Below are positions 6,749 through 15,717 of a DNA stretch of 64,000 bases, piece after piece (positions within the stretch are counted from its first letter, which is position 1; the number at the start of each line of letters is the position of its first letter). Both the position numbers and the translations under genes were made by a program. Source of the DNA: a virus (lineage: Duplodnaviria; Caudoviricetes). Below the pieces are notes generated by a model. The model did not search any database. It saw only the letters and a list, made by a program, of their open reading frames with translations, and was not told the DNA's origin. Where the stretch lies: the IMG/VR virus record IMGVR_UViG_3300009031_000221, positions 32,001 to 96,000 of that record. The stretch is one strand, 5' to 3'.

Positions 6749-9700
6749 TTACACGTTGCCGTTGTTCGCGTCGACATTGCCTGCGACAATTCCCGCCGCG
6801 AATACATTCTGTGCCACATTACCAACCACAACAACCGAATTTACCTTTGCTGCCAAAGTATCCGTGTTGGTGATTCCCGCGGCACCCAGAATCATATTGC
6901 CGGTAAGGACTACGGGATCGACCTGAGCCGCCGCAGCCGATCCGAGGACAATACTATTGGTAACCATGTTGCCCGTGATTACGGCATGGGTAAGGTTTTC
7001 ACCAAAAGTAATAAATCCCGCAATGTTGTTAAAAATCATGGTAGAACTGCTCAGGATGCTGATAGTGTTTCCTGTCGGGAGATTGTTCCCCGCTACCTGT
7101 GTTCCCCCGCTAGCCGCATTCACCGTGATTCCCCCAAACATCTGATTACCAGTAATCATGTTGTTTGTCCCTGTGACATCAATAGCGCCGGTCGTGTTGC
7201 TTGCGATGACGTTTTCTGCCCCCACAACCGTAACCGTACCGTTATTTCCCGCAGAACAAGTACTGTTACCTGTGAAGTTCAATTTACTGGCATAGGCAAC
7301 CAATCCCGTTGCGCTTTGCATTTGGTTACCTGTCACCGTCCCATAGATTGCGACATGTCCCGCATCCCCAATAATGAGTCCAGGACTTCCTATTGTATTC
7401 CCCGTAACTGTGAAGTAGCTGCTTAGTGTTCCTCTACCTAGAATCAGGGATGCGGCAAACGTGTTGTCTCCAATGGTGCCGAAGTTCGCATCCAGAATCT
7501 CGAATACCCCCGCAATCCGATTTCCTGTGATCTCGTAAGGACCCCCAATGTTGATCTTGTCTGCAGTCCCCGCACCGGTACTGATGCTAGTAATGACATT
7601 GTTGGCGATGATTGGACGCAAGCTTGCAACGGCACCGGCACTGAGTCCAACGTAATCAGTAAGTGTCGCGATGGTGTTCCCTATCAGTTTGCAATCATCA
7701 TGGAAGCATAGACCTGAACCAAACGTGTTGCCCTCAACGGTATTCCCGTCCCATACGTAACCATTCGCAAACGTATTGCCTACGATAGTGTTATTTGAGC
7801 CTCCCGTTGGCAAGTTAGTTACAACATCATAGCCCGCTGCCAATATGTAGGCGTAATTCCCTGCAATGTAGCAATTAGTGCCATCAACCTTCATCACATT
7901 GCACACATTGCTTTGAACAGACGCGCCATAACCGAAAACGTAGATGTGCCAAGGGTTTGACACATTTACAGTGACCGTATTGTGGTGGACGCTAACCGTA
8001 GGAGGGCTGCCAAGAACAGGATAGCCTACGTGAATACCATCATCGTAGTTTCCAACAACGGATACATCCATATCTACTGAGTTGTGGCCAACGGTAGTAT
8101 TGAGGTTTTCCTTGGTGAAAACCAGAATGCCATACTTGAACCCCCACAACATGTCCACTAACCCGGTGTGGATCACGCTCAGATTGTTGTTGTTGATTTT
8201 CACACCACCCGCAGCAATGAGTCCCGTGTGCAGGGTGCCATTGATGTAGTTCCCATCAATAATGCCCGCGCCCCCACCAACCCAAATACCATTACCGAAT
8301 CCAGTAATGTAATTGTTCCGAATGGTCACATTCGAAATCTTGTCATTCAAGTAGAAGGTAGCCGTGTCATCATGAAGGATCTTGATTCCTACCGTACCTG
8401 TTCTACCTCCCAATACCGAAGTCCCAAACAAGTTCCCTTCGATAATCGTGTTTGCTATGGGTGATCCAATCTGAACGCAATGAATGCCGTCCCCACGCAA
8501 TGAAGTAGCATGGTTGCTTGTGATCCTAGATTCCGTTACCACAAATGCCTGCGCCTTGAGGAAATTGTAAACATAGCCATTTGCACGGCAGTTGTCGATG
8601 ATCACATTAGATGAGGGCCCGCTGGAAGTAATGAAAAGAGAATTGGTGGCTACCATGGGATCTGCCCCCAGGAATCGGAATGCCAAATCACGAAATACAA
8701 GATCCGAACGACCATTCAGATCAATCAGATCCTTGGTTGCGTCGTCCCACGAAATTTCCGTTGTATTGATTCCGGATGCCGAAAGAGGCATACCCTCAAT
8801 GACCAATCCATTGGTCTTGATCTCAATAGGCAGGACGGTTTCCAATGTACGCCCTATTACTCGAATCCGAACCTGCTTATAGGCGGGGCCTCCTGATTCG
8901 GGAGCCATCATTTCGCTAGCGTATCCGACAGCTTCCCCTAGTGTCTTGAAATGAGCATGCCCATTGTTGAACGAAATCCAATCTACATTGGTCCCACCGA
9001 TTTCTCCTACCGTAATTTCCAACCGCTTGTCCATGTCCCGAATAGGATTCTGGAGATTCATCACGGTAGCAACACCGCCCGATACCACAACCTTCGCGAT
9101 AAGGATATCCTCAGGGTGAGGAAGAGGGAATGCATTAGCCCCATCAATGAACCATGACGTGTAATAACACGCAGGGCATGTTGTGCCGTCATTGTGTTCA
9201 AAATAGAAGTAGAAAATGTTAGGATCCACCGCAGAAGGGATCTGAATCGTTACCTGCGGAGTCAGCATACGTTGACCCTGCATCAAAATTGTTGCCGGAT
9301 CGATCGTGATATCGTAATGAGTCCCTGCAATAAGCGCACTTGCAGTCACTCGAGTTGACTTGAGATGCCATGATGAGAACATGTCATCGAGGTTCTTCTG
9401 AAGGTTCAGTGTCTGCGTACCCTTGGCACGCACGGTTACCGATCCATCCGTGTTAGCAACAACATCGGCATCATCGAATCGAACTGAAGAGGAGCGCTTC
9501 GCTGAACCATAGGTCGTATCGAATTGGTAATTGACACCGGCTACACCCGTGAGGTCATTCGGGGTAACAACCTCACGGCGGAATACCACAACATGAGGAT
9601 TGGCAGCATCAATAGTGAAAGAATCTACAGGGCCCCCAGCCTGGACGCCGCCCCCATAAAGCTCACCCAATATTGTGAAATCAATACCTGTAACAGGGTC

Positions 9701-11998
9701 TACATAGAGTGCTACTTTGCGGTATCCAAATAGGGATCCCCGATATCCAACCCCGCCAACGACAGCCGGATCCCCATCGGAATAATCCCCTTGAATCAAC
9801 TCAAAGAACCCCGATCCAGGGATACTTACAGTCCAATCCCCTTCAAGTGCAATAGTCTGAGGATTGGACATATCCACGACATGTTGACTAGTTATTACCT
9901 GAGGCATCAGAACACTGACAGGAATCACAATCCGATTACTGAAAGCGTCTACGGTATCCTTGGTCGCAGGCGTGTCCCCACAGTAGGCTCCGTCAAGCAT
10001 CGATGGATGCCCCCCAGTCACACGGATATTGGCCCCAAGCTGTCCTTCCTCCATGGAGTAAGGAACACAACATGCGAACAAAACCATCTCACCACGGGGA
10101 TTATCCGTTGACGTAAACACCGTTGGATCAGAAGGATAAAGTGGGCCATCCTTGATGGGATGCGAGAACCGAACCAATCCATTAGAGTAATCTACCTCTA
10201 CGTACTGCTTCTCGGCATTCTTGGATGAATCAAGCATCAACTCGTTTGATGTAACGGGGTTATCCCAATCAGGAACAAGAATTGGGATGGCTGGCCCGCC
10301 TAGAGGGTTCGGTTCAGCACCGACCTTCGCAGGGAATAGAACCATACGGAATCCGAGATCCATCAAGCTACCAGGATTTGCATAGCCCGCAGTTCCGCTC
10401 TTCGCCGTATCAAATACTGCCCGATCCGCCCGACCAGGATTCAACCCACTGGACTTCATCGAACGCTCAACCCAACGGGGATCGATGATGTTGGTCAACC
10501 TTGCGGATTGAATCTTGTCGATGTCGGCATACCGTGTAGACCACAAATCCGTCACAGGATCATGGACAGTGGCCTCCACAAAGATGCCCTTACCGACAGC
10601 AGGGGCGGATGTATGGATCGAGTAATATTCCCCAGATCCCGTCCTTGAGAAACCAAGGGCGGGATTATTCTCTTCCATACGACGCAGAACCCAATAATTC
10701 AAAGGCCCGGCGACGGACGCCGTAACCTCAAACCATCCCATCAAAGAGGATTGATTGATTTCAAAGTCATTGGGCCATCGGAATGCCGCACCCCCAACAG
10801 TTTGAACTGATGTGATATGCAGGATTTTCCCTACCAAGCTTCCCGTGAATACGGGATCCGGGGCATCCATCAATATGAAAGTGCCCGCGGGACTTTCAGC
10901 CACAGGCCATGCAGGATCCAATAACCCTGTTACAGGATCAATGCCATGCAAACGACCCTTCCAATTTCCTACGGGACGCGGAATAGGCAACTTGGGGCCG
11001 TAAGCGTAATCAAAGGTGCTGCCCGTAAGCAATGGGAGATTAATTTGGTCTTCTGTCCAGTTAGGGATAGTAGTCCACACATTGTAAGGGTAGCGTTCGT
11101 CTGTACCCAATGCTCGACGAGGGGGCACAACAGCAAATGCCTGCGACTCTTTGACCCCGCCACTCGATGATCCAGGCACGGCAACTAGACGGGTTGCCTG
11201 CGGTTGTAGGATTGTGATGGCACGAATGACGGGATTCGCAGGAATCGTGAAATAATTTGCCAAACGCTTGTTTGGATCCAGTATGATGACATCAACACGA
11301 ACTGCAATGATACGGAAAATCTCATATTTAGCGTTTGGATCTACCGGGGTCAATCCGGTATATCCCACAATAGGACCAGGAACAGAATTCTCCAATACGC
11401 ATCCGTCACCAATACCACCGACAACAGGGCCGGGCAGATTTCCTTCGCCTCCGGTCTGAGATATGACCATGTAAAGGCCACCAGGATAATCCGTTGCGCT
11501 AATAACCCCATTGGGAATCCCGTACAAATCTGTAACGGTATCACCTGGAGTCACTTGGTTCAGTTGCAATTCATCTCCGCCACCAGGGCTGGTAACCGTC
11601 CACTGCCAAGAACCCGTGTAACTATTCTTGAGCGTGGGGCCAACCACGGAGAACGAAATCGGATGTCCTACGAAAGAACCACCCTTGGAACCGAAACGAT
11701 TGGTGCCCCAGTTGTAGGGGGCGAAATTGATTTCAGGGTGACCAGGTTGACCGATCTTGCTAATCTTGTACTGTGAAGGATTTGGAACGTTCGCATCATC
11801 CGAACGGGACTCATTATAAGACCCTGTATCCATTTGATGGGATGCAGCCCATGATCCAGCCATACCACGAATGACTTCAGCAGCTTGAGACACACGTGCT
11901 GCCGGAACAGTTTGCCACTTGGACAAAGCTTCCTGCCACGAGTCCCTCGATGATGTCGTTGCGGTGATAGGATCGGCACCGAGATTCTGATTCGCCAT
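6749..11998 (-). CDS. Tailspike/receptor-binding protein with C-terminal right-handed beta-helix (pectin-lyase-like), 1749 aa
   Basis: The C-terminal ~700 aa consist of Asn/Gly/Ile/Val-rich repeats (IxxNxI, VxGNxF, IxGNxI), preceded by ITVG...HFKTLGEAV, typical of beta-helix entry; lies in the fibre region. Confidence 0.8.
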   Translation of the reverse strand: MANQNLGADPITATTSSRDSWQEALSKWQTVPAARVSQAAEVIRGMAGSWAASHQMDTGSYNESRSDDANVPNPSQYKISKIGQPGHPEINFAPYNWGTNRFGSKGGSFVGHPISFSVVGPTLKNSYTGSWQWTVTSPGGGDELQLNQVTPGDTVTDLYGIPNGVISATDYPGGLYMVISQTGGEGNLPGPVVGGIGDGCVLENSVPGPIVGYTGLTPVDPNAKYEIFRIIAVRVDVIILDPNKRLANYFTIPANPVIRAITILQPQATRLVAVPGSSSGGVKESQAFAVVPPRRALGTDERYPYNVWTTIPNWTEDQINLPLLTGSTFDYAYGPKLPIPRPVGNWKGRLHGIDPVTGLLDPAWPVAESPAGTFILMDAPDPVFTGSLVGKILHITSVQTVGGAAFRWPNDFEINQSSLMGWFEVTASVAGPLNYWVLRRMEENNPALGFSRTGSGEYYSIHTSAPAVGKGIFVEATVHDPVTDLWSTRYADIDKIQSARLTNIIDPRWVERSMKSSGLNPGRADRAVFDTAKSGTAGYANPGSLMDLGFRMVLFPAKVGAEPNPLGGPAIPILVPDWDNPVTSNELMLDSSKNAEKQYVEVDYSNGLVRFSHPIKDGPLYPSDPTVFTSTDNPRGEMVLFACCVPYSMEEGQLGANIRVTGGHPSMLDGAYCGDTPATKDTVDAFSNRIVIPVSVLMPQVITSQHVVDMSNPQTIALEGDWTVSIPGSGFFELIQGDYSDGDPAVVGGVGYRGSLFGYRKVALYVDPVTGIDFTILGELYGGGVQAGGPVDSFTIDAANPHVVVFRREVVTPNDLTGVAGVNYQFDTTYGSAKRSSSVRFDDADVVANTDGSVTVRAKGTQTLNLQKNLDDMFSSWHLKSTRVTASALIAGTHYDITIDPATILMQGQRMLTPQVTIQIPSAVDPNIFYFYFEHNDGTTCPACYYTSWFIDGANAFPLPHPEDILIAKVVVSGGVATVMNLQNPIRDMDKRLEITVGEIGGTNVDWISFNNGHAHFKTLGEAVGYASEMMAPESGGPAYKQVRIRVIGRTLETVLPIEIKTNGLVIEGMPLSASGINTTEISWDDATKDLIDLNGRSDLVFRDLAFRFLGADPMVATNSLFITSSGPSSNVIIDNCRANGYVYNFLKAQAFVVTESRITSNHATSLRGDGIHCVQIGSPIANTIIEGNLFGTSVLGGRTGTVGIKILHDDTATFYLNDKISNVTIRNNYITGFGNGIWVGGGAGIIDGNYINGTLHTGLIAAGGVKINNNNLSVIHTGLVDMLWGFKYGILVFTKENLNTTVGHNSVDMDVSVVGNYDDGIHVGYPVLGSPPTVSVHHNTVTVNVSNPWHIYVFGYGASVQSNVCNVMKVDGTNCYIAGNYAYILAAGYDVVTNLPTGGSNNTIVGNTFANGYVWDGNTVEGNTFGSGLCFHDDCKLIGNTIATLTDYVGLSAGAVASLRPIIANNVITSISTGAGTADKINIGGPYEITGNRIAGVFEILDANFGTIGDNTFAASLILGRGTLSSYFTVTGNTIGSPGLIIGDAGHVAIYGTVTGNQMQSATGLVAYASKLNFTGNSTCSAGNNGTVTVVGAENVIASNTTGAIDVTGTNNMITGNQMFGGITVNAASGGTQVAGNNLPTGNTISILSSSTMIFNNIAGFITFGENLTHAVITGNMVTNSIVLGSAAAAQVDPVVLTGNMILGAAGITNTDTLAAKVNSVVVVGNVAQNVFAAGIVAGNVDANNGNV

Positions 11999-12048
11999 TT
12001 TTGTTCCTACGCCTCCCTATTGGAGGACGCCTATAACCTACCCACCGA

Positions 12049-15000
12049 CTAGAGGCTCTGAACCAATGACGGATGAACCACCTTGATACCGCATAGCCCC
12101 CGCACTTCATTTGGGAGCAATCCAGGGGTTGGGACTACGCCAAACTGTCCCGGAGGTCCCAGGTATTCCAACGTCATATCGTAATCCACGGCCAATTCGT
12201 TCATGATGACACGAACCAGGATCGGGACTTCAAACACACCGCTAGCAGGAACGGTCTCGATTCCTTGGCACAGGTTAGCCCACGGGCCGACATTTGCCTT
12301 GACCTGACAACCTACCATGCCGGTAGATGAATCATAAACATCAAACGTATTCACCCCTGCTACTTGGCATCCCGCCCCATCTTGGGCAGGATCCTGCTTG
12401 CTAGGGCCTGCCCCGTCCATACGTCCAAGATCCATCCATGTCGTCAACCCAGGAACTTTGACCATAATGGCAATGCCCGTGTAGGTTGCGAAGGTCACCC
12501 CGTCACCCAACCCACCAGCCCCAGGTGCGGTGTAGGCGAAGTCCTCCAGGCGAAGTCCTTCAATACGGAATACAACCAAAGGTTGTCCAATCACACTTGG
12601 GACATATGGAGTCACAGGGTCAGAACCAAACCGTGCAAATGCTGCGTCGAAGCATCGCGTGTAGAACCGCGTTCCCACCGACCCTACGTAGTTAGGTTGT
12701 ACAACGGCTTCTCCCAACAGCCCTGGGGTATATCCTGCGGAATAGTCAGTCTTGGGATACTGAACCAATCCTGCAGATGGGAAAGGATATTGCACCCCTG
12801 CCAGATAGGCGGGGTTACGATAAGGCAACCCTGCTACCTGCAATTCCCACCCTACAAGAGGTGTTGCATAATCTCCTGTCTGGAAGGTTGAATTATCCGA
12901 CCAAGCATCCCCCGCAAATACTTCGGCGGTATCTCCCGCACGCACAGGAACAGGAATGGGCCCGCCAATCCAGGCACCAATTCCAGGCCCTACTATTGCC
13001 GCGATAGTACCTGGATCCCCAATGGCGTTGAAATCACCGTAATAGCGGTAGATTTCATCAAGGAATCGTTCTTCCGTATCCTTGAGCGGTGTAACCAAAC
13101 TAACGGCACATGCAGGAGGAACAGCCCCTACAAAGTTACCGTAATGTGCCGCCAAGGGGTTGAGAATATTAGCCGCATGCCACTTAGTTGAATGGTACAG
13201 GATCTTGGCACCCCCATCAGGAGTAGGTACCATCTTGATGCCATTGCCATCCGTAGCCGTAACAGGCTGAATCGGGATGTCCGAAAGAGGCCTACGGATG
13301 AATACCGTCGGCACCGCTTCCGTAGAGAATGCGGGTAAATCAATATCCCCCGTAAACTTGACCCCAGTATTTAACGTGCTGATGATAATGTGATCCACAT
13401 TCGTTGGGCCTACCACATCCGTAAATCCAAGATGCGTAAAGGGAATCTCCAAGCGCTGAGACCTAGATGTCAAAGTGCCAAAGAGGGCGCCCGGAACTTG
13501 CGGGGCTACCTCAAATGTAAATGGTGCCAATCCCATAAATACGGGGCAAGGGCTAGACAACCGTGCCGGGGGGATCTGGGCATCTGTTGTCAATGGATTG
13601 TCTTCTGTCCGATAGAAGTCAATCCATGCCTGCGTCACATCCAAAGCCATATCGGACAACCAGAAACCTGCGACGGCAGCGGCATTCACGGGAACAAAAT
13701 ATGCCACGCCCGACACATACATGAATACAGGGGTATCCATAGCCCAATCAAATGTCTTGGTTACGACAGTCGGGTTCGTTGTGTTGTTCGCAGTCACCAT
13801 CGAAGAACGTAGAACATGATATGACCGAGAGCTATAGCCATAATCTGGGGCTGGCCCCTTACCCGGAGCGAAGGGTGTCCCAAACGGGGGCCCTACAACG
13901 GCAGAATCCAACGGGTTGACCAAGTTGTAATCACTAGCAACATTGTCGGCAGTCGTATCCAACAAGGTTGCCCCATAGACCTCATAGCCATCCGGTGCGG
14001 CAGCCCAGGGCATAATACCATCACGGACAAAGGCCTCAAAGTTCGCCTCTGTCTTAAAGTGAATCATCCAATATGTACCGAGGTTTACTCCAGTAATATC
14101 CGACCCAGGAACGTAGAACGAATGTCGGAACCGAGCTACCTGCCAAGTCCAGTAATCCTCTTGGAAATTATCGTAATTCCCCGCTTGATTGAGGTAATCC
14201 GTCCCGCCAATGTTGGTCATCCAAGCACTGACCGGTTCATACGTATTCACAGGCCCTGTCACGAAGTACCTTGCGGACTCTCGTGTCAAGTATGGATCAA
14301 TACCATGTGGCGTGTATTTCAATCCCGTTGCCTTGCTATAGTCCTTCAGGTAAGGCAGGCGGTAACGGAAAAAGTTCGTATCCAACACCAAGGTCTGACC
14401 CAAGTAAGGATATGCCGTAGGAGCGGGGATTCCTGGGAATACATTCAACAATGTAACAGTCGCGGCAACACCGCCTGCGTCATAAGCATCCGGGCCCGCC
14501 CCTAGAACAGGAATGCCGTATTCAACAACAAGCGATGGAGCAGGCAAAGGCGGGTCAACCGTAGCATCCGTTCCCAACCGAACCTGTCCAGCACCTCGAT
14601 TTATTGAAAATGAATTCCGTACCCAGGGGGTATCCCATGGAATAGCTAGGGGGCTTCCGTCAATATCCGAAATGCCCGTATTGATTTCGTGGAGATCATA
14701 CTGACCTGAAGCCTGCCCTGGATACTCAAATGGGTTGTAACTTCCATCAGGATTCAAACCAATGCTGAAGATACTTCCAGATACCGGGCCTGTACCAGGG
14801 CTGCCATCACAAGTCACCGGCGGAATGGTGTCCTTGGTGATACATGCACCTGAACCCGCACCATCGCCCGCACCGGAACCCATGACGAGGGCTGCAACGC
14901 AACGATCCAATACCGGCTGTGCAAGGAAATCGACAACGGTGTTCTCTTTAGGCCAGTGGATGATGGCAATAACGCCACGATCTGCCGGGAAAATTGAACC

Positions 15001-15705
15001 CGATACCGTGACAGGCAACATAAATGGCCCAGTTGAAGGATTTGTATCCTGTACTGCAGCGCCTCGAGTACGAACAACAGAGTTATCAACTTCTGTGAAA
15101 GCCCCCGCCGCAAACCTACCAATTCCAGTACCAGGGATATTCAACCCATTTACAGAATTCCCGTTCCACACCATATCTGTTTGAGGGTCAGAACCCGCAT
15201 AAGTTAGGGAAGTTGGGGACCAATCCGTTGTCGGTGAAGGTGCCGTCCAGTATTCGGTATAGATTTCAGGGTTTGCTATTATGCCACTATTTGATCTATC
15301 CGCCAGCTTAGCAACGCCCCAGTCAGGAATGCCTGAAAAAGTCGTGTAATTGGCGGATTGCCCCAACATTGGAGGACGGACTGCCACACCAGAAGCCATC
15401 TCATCCAAAGCGCCTTCAACATTCTTCGAATAGAACAAGTCAGGATACGTGCCAATACCAATCGCGGTTGCTTCATGTGCATCGCTAGGGTCGCTAACGT
15501 GACTTGACAGATCTGCCCCGCCCGTGTCACTAGGGGCAGGAATGCCCAAACGGACACCACCACCAGGGGCTACATAGCCCGGTTGCCCGATGTTGTTGCC
15601 CACAGGAACCATCCCCCCACCCGTCAAGACAAGGTTGTCCATCGTGGTTGGAAGGGCTTTACCGGAGCCGGTCTTGATACTGCCAGGGTTCTTGATCCGG
15701 GGCAT
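12049..15705 (-). CDS. Large virion structural/fibre protein, 1218 aa
   Basis: N-terminal fibre-like motifs HVSDPSDAHEATAIG and NVEGALDEMA; Gly/Pro/Thr-rich beta-type composition; co-oriented within the fibre block. Confidence 0.7.
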   Translation of the reverse strand: MPRIKNPGSIKTGSGKALPTTMDNLVLTGGGMVPVGNNIGQPGYVAPGGGVRLGIPAPSDTGGADLSSHVSDPSDAHEATAIGIGTYPDLFYSKNVEGALDEMASGVAVRPPMLGQSANYTTFSGIPDWGVAKLADRSNSGIIANPEIYTEYWTAPSPTTDWSPTSLTYAGSDPQTDMVWNGNSVNGLNIPGTGIGRFAAGAFTEVDNSVVRTRGAAVQDTNPSTGPFMLPVTVSGSIFPADRGVIAIIHWPKENTVVDFLAQPVLDRCVAALVMGSGAGDGAGSGACITKDTIPPVTCDGSPGTGPVSGSIFSIGLNPDGSYNPFEYPGQASGQYDLHEINTGISDIDGSPLAIPWDTPWVRNSFSINRGAGQVRLGTDATVDPPLPAPSLVVEYGIPVLGAGPDAYDAGGVAATVTLLNVFPGIPAPTAYPYLGQTLVLDTNFFRYRLPYLKDYSKATGLKYTPHGIDPYLTRESARYFVTGPVNTYEPVSAWMTNIGGTDYLNQAGNYDNFQEDYWTWQVARFRHSFYVPGSDITGVNLGTYWMIHFKTEANFEAFVRDGIMPWAAAPDGYEVYGATLLDTTADNVASDYNLVNPLDSAVVGPPFGTPFAPGKGPAPDYGYSSRSYHVLRSSMVTANNTTNPTVVTKTFDWAMDTPVFMYVSGVAYFVPVNAAAVAGFWLSDMALDVTQAWIDFYRTEDNPLTTDAQIPPARLSSPCPVFMGLAPFTFEVAPQVPGALFGTLTSRSQRLEIPFTHLGFTDVVGPTNVDHIIISTLNTGVKFTGDIDLPAFSTEAVPTVFIRRPLSDIPIQPVTATDGNGIKMVPTPDGGAKILYHSTKWHAANILNPLAAHYGNFVGAVPPACAVSLVTPLKDTEERFLDEIYRYYGDFNAIGDPGTIAAIVGPGIGAWIGGPIPVPVRAGDTAEVFAGDAWSDNSTFQTGDYATPLVGWELQVAGLPYRNPAYLAGVQYPFPSAGLVQYPKTDYSAGYTPGLLGEAVVQPNYVGSVGTRFYTRCFDAAFARFGSDPVTPYVPSVIGQPLVVFRIEGLRLEDFAYTAPGAGGLGDGVTFATYTGIAIMVKVPGLTTWMDLGRMDGAGPSKQDPAQDGAGCQVAGVNTFDVYDSSTGMVGCQVKANVGPWANLCQGIETVPASGVFEVPILVRVIMNELAVDYDMTLEYLGPPGQFGVVPTPGLLPNEVRGLCGIKVVHPSLVQSL

Positions 15706-15717
15706 AGCTACACTCCC

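Noticed and set aside
12010-12029. CCTCC-CTATT-GGAGG hairpin as a terminator
   Set aside because: Only a 5-bp core with no U-tract; one arm is simply a Shine-Dalgarno-like sequence.
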